Below, in pieces: positions 57,406 through 64,000 of a stretch of 64,000 bases of DNA (positions within the stretch are counted from its first letter, which is position 1; every line of letters begins with the position of its first letter). The notes beneath the pieces are model-generated. The model saw only the letters and a list, made by a program, of their open reading frames with translations, was not told the DNA's origin and ran no database searches. A program made the translations under genes and the position numbers. This DNA is from Dehalococcoidales bacterium (GTDB lineage: Bacteria > Chloroflexota > Dehalococcoidia > Dehalococcoidales > CSSed11-197). The stretch spans positions 4,756 through 68,755 of the forward strand of contig JAQUNW010000004.1 of assembly GCA_028717385.1 (NCBI GenBank), in the 5' to 3' direction.

Positions 57406-57744
57406 TTAAATATCCAATTGGTCTTTAGTTAGTTCGGTAAAGAAGCAGGTCCGTTCGCCAGTATGACATACCGGACCCCTGGGTGAAGCTTTAACTAAAA
57501 TAGTATCGTTATCACAGTCTATAAATATTTCCTTAACCAATAACCGGTTACCAGATGTCGCACCCTTGTGCCACATTTCCTGACGGCTACGGCTATAGAA
57601 CCATACTTCACCAGACTCCAGAGTCAGTTTGACCGCTTCCGGATTCATATAACCCAGCATTAGTACGTCTCCAGTTTTATCATCCTGGATTACTGCGGGC
57701 AATAATCCGTTCGAATCGAGTTTAAGATTCAGTTTTTTGCTCAA
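57406..57744 (-). CDS. hisI: phosphoribosyl-AMP cyclohydrolase
   Basis: 112 aa. ..GLLPAVIQD...G.VLMLGYMN.EA...T...G...FYSRSR...W.KG.TSGN is present. Confidence 0.94.
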   Translation of the reverse strand: MSKKLNLKLDSNGLLPAVIQDDKTGDVLMLGYMNPEAVKLTLESGEVWFYSRSRQEMWHKGATSGNRLLVKEIFIDCDNDTILVKASPRGPVCHTGERTCFFTELTKDQLDI

Positions 57745-57773
57745 GTTATATCTCCTGCATATGAGTAAATTGA

Positions 57774-58487
57774 TTATCCAATATTATCAAGAACCTGTCT
57801 TAAGTTAATATCTCCTGTATATAGTGCTTTTCCGACAATCACTCCTTCAACTCCAAGTTGCTTGAGAACCTTGAGGTGAATCGGCTGGGAAACCCCGCCA
57901 GAAGCAATAACCGGTGTGCGTACACTATCCAGCAATTCGTAAACAGCACAAAAATTGGGCTCCGTAAGAGTGCCGTCACGAGTGATATCGGTATAAATGA
58001 ACCGCCTGACACCCAGCCGCACCATATCACGGGCCAGTGAAACAGCGGGGACTTCGGTAGACTGCTGCCAGCCTTTTATAGCCACCTTGCCGTCTCTGGC
58101 ATCAATACCAACTATGATGGAATCGTTAAAACGGCGACAGGCTTCCTTCACCAATTCATGGTTTTCAACGGCAGAAGTACCCAGTATCACCCGATCAACG
58201 CCAGCTTTAAACAGGCTCTCTATATCCTCAATGGTGCGTATTCCGCCTCCAACTTGCACTGGAATAAGTATCCCTTGAGCAATTTCGCGAATCACATCCA
58301 GGTTAATAATTTTTCCACAGGCTGCTCCGTCAAGATCAACCACGTGCAATCGAGTTGCCCCTTGAGATACCCAGTCATGCGCTTTACTGACGGGATTAAA
58401 AGAATAGACAGTTTCAGCGGAATAATCACCCTGGTAAAGACGTACGCATTGCCCCGCCCGTATATCAATAGCAGGAATTATTTCCAT
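57774..58487 (-). CDS. hisA: ProFAR isomerase (1-(5-phosphoribosyl)-5-[(5-phosphoribosylamino)methylideneamino]imidazole-4-carboxamide isomerase)
   Basis: MEIIPAIDIRAGQCVRL.QGDY.. is the canonical HisA start. I trimmed the start to the ATG at 58487. Confidence 0.93.
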   Translation of the reverse strand: MEIIPAIDIRAGQCVRLYQGDYSAETVYSFNPVSKAHDWVSQGATRLHVVDLDGAACGKIINLDVIREIAQGILIPVQVGGGIRTIEDIESLFKAGVDRVILGTSAVENHELVKEACRRFNDSIIVGIDARDGKVAIKGWQQSTEVPAVSLARDMVRLGVRRFIYTDITRDGTLTEPNFCAVYELLDSVRTPVIASGGVSQPIHLKVLKQLGVEGVIVGKALYTGDINLRQVLDNIG

Positions 58488-58540
58488 ATTAGTACGTTCT
58501 CCGGAGTGTCGCATAAAGGTAGATTATAACACAATACGAA

Positions 58541-58948
58541 TTATCTATTAAACCTTTTTTCAACCGGGCGGACCACCAGCACCATCCCCTTTTCGGACAC
58601 TACTTCGACTTCTTGCCCTTTGGACAATGCCACTTCTGAATATGCGCTCCAGTATTCGCCTTGTATTTTAACGGTACCCTCCGGTGATAGATCTTTGACC
58701 ACTACACCTCTGGTACCCTCCATAAAGGGCAACCCTGTCATTACCTTACGGTCAAGAGCATGACTGCCAATCCGATATATTACCACAGAAAACAACAGCC
58801 AGACGATTATGATCAACAACAATCCATAAACGGGTATATTTATTTCCCAATATGGCAATGCAACCCGCACGATCACAACGATTGCCACAATTTCAATGAT
58901 GTTGGTAATAATTGCTATGATTAGTCTTGTATTTGGTTTCATGGACAT
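58541..58948 (-). CDS. NfeD-family membrane protein (C-terminal OB fold)
   Basis: Three TM helices are followed by ..G..G.V...L.P.G.V...GE.W.A......I..G..V.V....G..L.V. The start is uncertain (58948, 58942 or 59020). Confidence 0.7.
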   Translation of the reverse strand: MSMKPNTRLIIAIITNIIEIVAIVVIVRVALPYWEINIPVYGLLLIIIVWLLFSVVIYRIGSHALDRKVMTGLPFMEGTRGVVVKDLSPEGTVKIQGEYWSAYSEVALSKGQEVEVVSEKGMVLVVRPVEKRFNR

Positions 58949-59114
58949 GTCCCGGGTATTATACCTTAATAAACCTCTGAATTTATGACATTCTTCCTTA
59001 ACCCTGATATAACTTGCCAATTGCTTTAATTACATTCCGATGAATCCATTATGATTTTATAGCAGGCTATGTTATAATCTGCTTTTATTATAATGTTGAT
59101 GGAGCCTTTTACCG

Positions 59115-59249
59115 ATGACGAAAAAAACCGCCCAAAAAGATAAAATAGATCCAGAATTAGACAGTTTTATTGAAAGCGTAAATAAAAAAGACGAGCGCAA
59201 TGGCCTCAAGATTCGTTTTGCTTTCGTAAACCGCAAACGCAAAGGCTAA
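59115..59249 (+). CDS. hypothetical small basic protein (44 aa)
   Basis: Not in the ORF track. The sequence is MTKKTAQKDKIDPELDSFIESVNKKDERNGLKIRFAFVNRKRKG with a weak GGAG upstream. It overlaps the convergent radical SAM gene stop by 4 nt. This call is speculative. Confidence 0.25.
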   Translation: MTKKTAQKDKIDPELDSFIESVNKKDERNGLKIRFAFVNRKRKG

Positions 59250-60235
59250 TTTCCGAACGGGTTTTTACAGTCAAAATCCGGCAAGAAGTGCATATTTGAT
59301 TGTAACTGTTGCGCAAATATCCTTTTAAAACCTAACTTTTGGGCCAGCTTGAGTACATACAGGTATTCCTGCCTTGTTACAGGTCTTGCTATTTCCTGAT
59401 ATTGTCCCGCGCGATGACATGGATAGTACTGACTCATCAGACTCAATCCAACGTCTGTACCAATCTTTTCTGCAAGCCATTCAAGGCTTTCTTGGCTTCC
59501 GGCGATCCCATTCGGCAACACCAGATGGCGCACAAGCACCCCTGCCACCGCTACTCCCTGTTTGTCCACAACAAGACCTCCAACCTGGCGATACATTTCT
59601 TGAATTGCCTGCCGGGTATGCTCAACATAGTTAGTCGCGCCTGAGTATCTGCGTGCCATTTCGTTGTCAGAGTATTTTATATCTGGCAAATAGATGCTGA
59701 TAATTCCATCCATTTCCGCCAGGGTGTCGGGCGAATCGTAGCTATTAGTGTTATATACAAGCGGCAATGTCAGCCCTGTTTTTGCCGCCAGGTTTAAAGC
59801 GCTAACTACTTGAGCTACAACATGCGAGGGAGAAACCAGATTGATATTATGACAACCAGTTTTCTGTAATCCAATCATGCAGTCAGCCAGCTCCTTTACG
59901 GTTATCTGGTTGTTTATTTGCCCCTGGGAATTTTGGCTTATCTGATAATTTTGGCAATACACGCATGCCAAGTTGCAGTTGCCAAAAAATATTGCCCCCG
60001 AACCCTGTATACCGGAAATTACCGGCTCTTCTCCATGATGATCGCAAAAGCTGGCTACAATCGGATTTTTCCCGCTGTTACAATAACCCATTTCTCCGCT
60101 TGAGCGGTTAACGCTGCACTTTCGCGGGCAAATGTCACATGTTTCCAGGCGATGGTTTAGTCGAGCTGCCCTGTTTTCCAGTTCGCCTGAAATATGAAGG
60201 GAAATATAGGATGGCTTATTAACCTCATATTCCAC
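59246..60235 (-). CDS. radical SAM protein, PflX-like (pyruvate formate-lyase activase homologue family)
   Basis: 329 aa. The radical SAM cluster motif CNLACVYCQN and the N-terminal Cys cluster C..CPRKC are present. Confidence 0.85.
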   Translation of the reverse strand: MEYEVNKPSYISLHISGELENRAARLNHRLETCDICPRKCSVNRSSGEMGYCNSGKNPIVASFCDHHGEEPVISGIQGSGAIFFGNCNLACVYCQNYQISQNSQGQINNQITVKELADCMIGLQKTGCHNINLVSPSHVVAQVVSALNLAAKTGLTLPLVYNTNSYDSPDTLAEMDGIISIYLPDIKYSDNEMARRYSGATNYVEHTRQAIQEMYRQVGGLVVDKQGVAVAGVLVRHLVLPNGIAGSQESLEWLAEKIGTDVGLSLMSQYYPCHRAGQYQEIARPVTRQEYLYVLKLAQKLGFKRIFAQQLQSNMHFLPDFDCKNPFGN

Positions 60236-60247
60236 ATTAAACCTGTA

Positions 60248-61726
60248 TCATTTCTCCATACATGATAACTTTGTTATCGCTTTCTCAAGTCTTTCCAGAC
60301 ACTTCTTCCTTCCCAGTACCATCATCGTTTCAAACAGGGGGGGAGATACTGTTAAACCAGTAACCGCAACCCTGATAGCACCAAACAACTGCCCAGCTTT
60401 CAAGCCAAGCTCTTCTGCCAGCGGGCGCAAACTCTGCTCAAGACTGTCATGATCAAAACTCTCAGAGCCTTTCAGACATCCAAGTGTTTTCTCCAATGCG
60501 TTCACAGTCGTACTCATATCCATTTTCTTACCAATTAACAATTCGGCAGGATACTCGATATCTGGTGTAAAGAAGAAGTAAACCAGCGAAGGTATTTCTT
60601 TCAAGTTTTTGGCTCTTTCCTGTATCAGAGGCATAATCGCTATGACATATTCAAAATCAAGCGGCCGTTTAACCGAGGGCGGTAAATCCCTTTCCAGAAA
60701 AGGCAGAGCCAGCCGGGCAAGTTCATCCACCCTCAGGGCGCGAATATATACTCCATTCATCCAGTCCAGTTTTTCCCGATTAAACACAGCAGCGGTTTTA
60801 CCGATGCGTTCAAGGCTGAAATTTTCCACCAAAGTCTGAATAGAAATGATATCTGTTTTATCATCGAGAGACCACCCTAAAAGCGCCAGGAAATTGACCA
60901 TGGCTTCAGCTAAATACCCATCATCACGATACTGAGTCACTGATACCGCTCCGTGACGCTTGCTGAGTTTGGAGCGGTCCGGACCAAGTATCATGGGAAG
61001 ATGGGCAAATTGCGGGGGTGCGATGTTCAACGAACGATAGAGAAGGACATGTTTTGGAGTTGAAGAAATCCACTCCTCCGCCCGCATTACATGGCTTATT
61101 TCCATCAAATTGTCATCAACTACATTCGCCAGATGATAAGTAGGATAGCCATCTGCTTTAAGCAGAATGAAGTCGTCAATAGATCGATTTTCAAAGGTCA
61201 CCTCACCTCGAATGAGATCATGGAAAGAAGTATTGCCCTCAAGGGGTGCCTTGAAACGGATTACTGGTCGTGGGCAGGATGCCAGGCAGACAGCTCTATC
61301 TCCCCGGGATAAATCCCGGCATATCCGGTCGTACCCCGGCGGCTCTTTGCGGGCAATCTGAGCTGCTCGCATTTCATCAAGCCGCTCTGAACTGCAATAA
61401 CAATAGTACGCATCCCCCTGGGCAACCAGTTTTTCAGCTGCTTTTTTATAGTACTCTAATCGTTCAGACTGGCGATAGGGACCATATGCACCTGGTTTAT
61501 CCGGCCCCTCATCCCAATCCATACCCAACCACTTTAAACTGTCCAGGATAACCTCAACTGCGCCATCGACAGTTCGCGCTGTATCGGTGTCTTCGATTCT
61601 GACAATAAAGCTGCCATTCTCGTGGCGGGCATATAACCAGTTAAACAGGGCGGTGCGGATATTTCCAACGTGCGGATAACCCGTTGGACTGGGTGCATAG
61701 CGCACCCTTACAGGTTTTTCAGACAT
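60248..61726 (-). CDS. gltX: glutamate--tRNA ligase
   Basis: VRVRYAPSPTGYPHVGNIRTALFNW (HIGH region) and KLSKR (KMSKS) are present. I trimmed the start to the ATG at 61726. Confidence 0.96.
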   Translation of the reverse strand: MSEKPVRVRYAPSPTGYPHVGNIRTALFNWLYARHENGSFIVRIEDTDTARTVDGAVEVILDSLKWLGMDWDEGPDKPGAYGPYRQSERLEYYKKAAEKLVAQGDAYYCYCSSERLDEMRAAQIARKEPPGYDRICRDLSRGDRAVCLASCPRPVIRFKAPLEGNTSFHDLIRGEVTFENRSIDDFILLKADGYPTYHLANVVDDNLMEISHVMRAEEWISSTPKHVLLYRSLNIAPPQFAHLPMILGPDRSKLSKRHGAVSVTQYRDDGYLAEAMVNFLALLGWSLDDKTDIISIQTLVENFSLERIGKTAAVFNREKLDWMNGVYIRALRVDELARLALPFLERDLPPSVKRPLDFEYVIAIMPLIQERAKNLKEIPSLVYFFFTPDIEYPAELLIGKKMDMSTTVNALEKTLGCLKGSESFDHDSLEQSLRPLAEELGLKAGQLFGAIRVAVTGLTVSPPLFETMMVLGRKKCLERLEKAITKLSCMEK

Positions 61727-61780
61727 TTTACTTTCCTTTGTCTTGAACAAATATTTCAAACCACTCAAATTGAGCAGTTT

Positions 61781-62275
61781 CTATCCGATGTTGGCTTCCG
61801 GTAACCGTAACTTCGGTTGTGGTATTTTAACTACCACGGTTAAAGCAATTTTATCGTGTAATCCCTGGCGGCGTTCATCAAACGCCAAGATTACAAAACC
61901 AATTCCCAGTGTCATAAAACATACCATATAGCCTAGAAAACGTACGATTGCACCCGAAAGAGTCAAAGGCGTACCGTCTTCTTTCAAAACCTTGACATTC
62001 ATTACAATCTTCCCCGGAGTTTGCCCCCTCCAAAGCCAAAAAACCACACAATAGATAGCAGCAATCAGAACAGTTATACCAACAAAAGGATCGTGGTAAA
62101 AAAATGCATTCAACCATCCTTCAGAGTGCCAAGGCCGCGAGACCGAGAAAATCCAGCGCCACGGCGCCGTCAATACACAGTTCATGGAGCCAACAATCAA
62201 TGCGTCAATTAAAAAAGCCCCAAGCCGCCGCCAGAATCCCGCATATTCAACGATAATCCTTTCTTCCTGTTCCAA
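61781..62275 (-). CDS. RDD-family membrane protein
   Basis: 164 aa. ..AGFWRR..A..ID.. and ..R.G.HD... are present, with 3 TM helices. Confidence 0.8.
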   Translation of the reverse strand: MEQEERIIVEYAGFWRRLGAFLIDALIVGSMNCVLTAPWRWIFSVSRPWHSEGWLNAFFYHDPFVGITVLIAAIYCVVFWLWRGQTPGKIVMNVKVLKEDGTPLTLSGAIVRFLGYMVCFMTLGIGFVILAFDERRQGLHDKIALTVVVKIPQPKLRLPEANIG

Positions 62276-62328
62276 ACGCTCCCTCCTGGCCAGTTGTTTC
62301 GATTATAACACTGTTAATGGGGGAACTG

Positions 62329-63231
62329 CTATGAACGAATCTGTTTAAGTGCTTTCTCCAAGTCTTCCGGTAATCGGGCGGTAAATTCCAACTCTTCACC
62401 AGAAGACGGAAGCCTGAACACAATCTTGTAAGCATGCAAGAACTGCCTGGGGAGTATTATAGAGTTACTACCATATGTACAATCGCCAAAAATTGGATGA
62501 CCAATAGCTGCCAAATGTACTCTTATTTGATGAGTTCTCCCGGTTTCCGGCATCACTTCAAGAAGTGTAAAATCATTTATATATTCCACTACCCGATAAC
62601 CGGTACGCGCTTCCCGCCCGCTCCCGTTAGTAGTAATAGCCATCCGCTTCCGATGGCTTCGGTCTCTAACAATAGGCGCATCTATAAATCCGGATTCCGG
62701 GGAAAGATGCCCTCTTGCCAGGGCAATATAAGTTTTTTTAACTTGCCGGTTTTTAAACAAATTGGATAGATAAAGATGCGCCTTTGGGTGGCGCGCAATA
62801 ATGATTAGGCCTGAGGTATCTTTGTCCAGTCGGTGAACAATACCGGGCCGTTCTGCATCTCCACAAGATATTTCCGAATTATAGCCCAAAATAGCATTTA
62901 CAAGCGTTTTATCAGGGTGCCCGGGACCTGGGTGGACAGAAAGACCAGCCGGTTTATCTACGACAATAATATCTTTATCTTCGTACACAATGCTGAGCGG
63001 TATTTTCTGGGCAGTTAAATTTGTTGGGGTTGGTTCGGGTACCATTACGGTTATCTTATTACCTTCGGCAAGCCGGTAACTTGGCTTTGAAACAACACCA
63101 TTCACCCGAACTAAACCATCTCTGATGAGCTTTTGTATACGCGCTCGGGAAAAGTCTTCCAATTTCCCGGCTACAGCTTTGTCCAGCCTTATACCGGCTG
63201 TATCGGCAATAAAGTTAAACCTGGCCTCCAT
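62329..63231 (-). CDS. rluD: RluA-family 23S rRNA pseudouridine synthase (RluD-like)
   Basis: 300 aa. An S4 domain, the motif HRLDKDTSGLIIIA and ..GRTHQIRVH are present. Confidence 0.94.
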   Translation of the reverse strand: MEARFNFIADTAGIRLDKAVAGKLEDFSRARIQKLIRDGLVRVNGVVSKPSYRLAEGNKITVMVPEPTPTNLTAQKIPLSIVYEDKDIIVVDKPAGLSVHPGPGHPDKTLVNAILGYNSEISCGDAERPGIVHRLDKDTSGLIIIARHPKAHLYLSNLFKNRQVKKTYIALARGHLSPESGFIDAPIVRDRSHRKRMAITTNGSGREARTGYRVVEYINDFTLLEVMPETGRTHQIRVHLAAIGHPIFGDCTYGSNSIILPRQFLHAYKIVFRLPSSGEELEFTARLPEDLEKALKQIRS

Positions 63232-63721
63232 TAGCGCCTTCCGTGTTTCTGTAATTGATTATAATCAACACGCCTAGCATTATTGCCCCTATCGATATTG
63301 CCGAATCTGCTACATTAAATGCAGGCCAGAAACTAAAATTGAGAAAATCCACAACAAATCCCAGGTTATAACGGTCTATAAGATTCCCTAAAGTCCCCGC
63401 ACTGACAAGCCCCATAGCCAGCTTACCTGGCCAGGTATTCAGAAAGGGAATAATATCACGCATGTAAATAATAATCCCCAACATTATTAACAGGCTGATA
63501 GTGGAAAATATTGTAAAAAATATTGCTCCGTCCTGGAAAATCCCAAAGGATGCTCCGGTGTTCTGAAGATATGTCAGGCGGAAAAAACCTTCCGGCGGGC
63601 GTGATTCACCAACATAAAAATTTGTTCGGATGCAGAGCTTGGTAAGTTGATCCAATGGAACCAATATCAACACAGGTAAGAAATATGGACCTAATCCTTT
63701 TAATCGTGCTTTAAACTGCAA
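63215..63721 (-). CDS. lspA: lipoprotein signal peptidase (signal peptidase II)
   Basis: 168 aa with TTG start. ..N.GA.FG.. and ..GNL.DR..(G)FVVDF......P.FN.AD motifs are present. Confidence 0.93.
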   Translation of the reverse strand: MQFKARLKGLGPYFLPVLILVPLDQLTKLCIRTNFYVGESRPPEGFFRLTYLQNTGASFGIFQDGAIFFTIFSTISLLIMLGIIIYMRDIIPFLNTWPGKLAMGLVSAGTLGNLIDRYNLGFVVDFLNFSFWPAFNVADSAISIGAIMLGVLIIINYRNTEGANGGQV

Positions 63722-63736
63722 GGACTTTTCCTTCCT

Positions 63737-64000
63737 TCATTTGGCTGATTTACAATTGATGCATAGCCGGGCTTGGGGCAGAATTTCAAGTCTTTCATAT
63801 ACAATAGTCTGACCGCACTTTTCACACATGCCGTAGCTACCATCGTCAAACTTTTTTAACGCGTCTTCAATATCGTTTATCTGCTCAAGAAGGCGTTTTT
63901 CCATTGCCATCCGGCTTTCAATTTCGGCAGTTTCGGCAGCTTCCTCTTCTTTTTTACCGTAAGGGCTACCCTCGCGCCGGTTATCTTCCCCGCCAATATC
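63737..64000 (-). CDS. TraR/DksA-family C4 zinc-finger protein, C-terminal part (start outside window)
   Basis: Not in the ORF track because no start lies in the window. Reverse translation ends ..LKKFDDGSYGMCEKCGQTIVYERLEILPQARLCINCKSAK*, with the stop at 63737-39. Confidence 0.85.
   Translation of the reverse strand, partial: DIGGEDNRREGSPYGKKEEEAAETAEIESRMAMEKRLLEQINDIEDALKKFDDGSYGMCEKCGQTIVYERLEILPQARLCINCKSAK

Noticed and set aside
1-64000. CRISPR arrays, transposases or integrases, prophage or defence islands, and rRNA genes
   Set aside because: I saw no periodic direct repeats. No ORF has transposase, integrase, recombinase or restriction, toxin or nuclease hallmarks. The only tRNA (Pro) is not flanked by an integrase or direct repeats. 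The window reads as conserved core genome.

Overview
This 64 kb window is core chromosome from a moderate-GC bacterium. The gene order (a str-S10-spc-alpha ribosomal cluster back-to-back with a complete aro cluster) resembles what I recall for Dehalococcoidia/Chloroflexota, but that is an unverified inference. Positions 1-17041 (minus strand) hold one near-gapless ribosomal superoperon, rpsL-rpsG-fusA-rpsJ...rpsD-rpoA, with 33 genes and no tuf. Diverging from it on the plus strand is an eight-gene aromatic amino-acid operon (17502-26004): DAHP synthase, aroB, aroD, an aroE-aroK fusion, aroA, aroC, pheA and tyrA. The best finding sits in the 394-nt gap between these two operons. It contains a good sigma70-type promoter, a 24-codon mini-ORF encoding ..F-W-A-Y-Y-Y.., and four segments that can form alternative hairpins ending in a GC-rich stem plus U-tract 35 nt before the DAHP synthase start. 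This is a textbook trp/phe-style ribosome-mediated attenuator that senses all three pathway end products. The remainder is housekeeping and stress genes. These include rluB-like, a ferritin-VIT1 fusion, a GcvH-like/AhpD-like pair, nadK, GNAT, NUDIX, HIT, split class I fumarase, mazG, tRNA-Pro(CGG), apgM-type mutase, comFC, hpf, ogt, radC and dnaE. Further along are an amino-acid ABC transporter, rplY, thpR, an amidohydrolase, an ABC-2 exporter, rubrerythrin, rplU-rpmA-rpmE, hisA/hisI, a PflX-like radical SAM protein, gltX, rluD, lspA and a partial TraR/DksA zinc-finger gene. Other points worth a second look:
- A lipoprotein pentaheme cytochrome c is in an operon with a DUF3096-like mini-gene interrupted by an in-frame TAG and with a gamma-glutamylcyclotransferase.
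- A presenilin/SPP-type intramembrane aspartyl protease homologue is present.
- A protein made of two tandem Cys-rich repeats, each ending in C-Q-[IL]-G-C-F, lies behind a promoter whose -10 box is embedded in a perfect 7-1-7 palindrome.
- rplU can only keep its conserved N-terminus by initiating at ATT.
- Ribosomal protein S3 carries a roughly 156-aa low-complexity C-terminal tail.
I saw no CRISPR array, transposase, integrase or rRNA. Many ORF-track starts are N-terminally over-extended, and I corrected them where family N-termini, SD sites and neighbouring stop codons agree.
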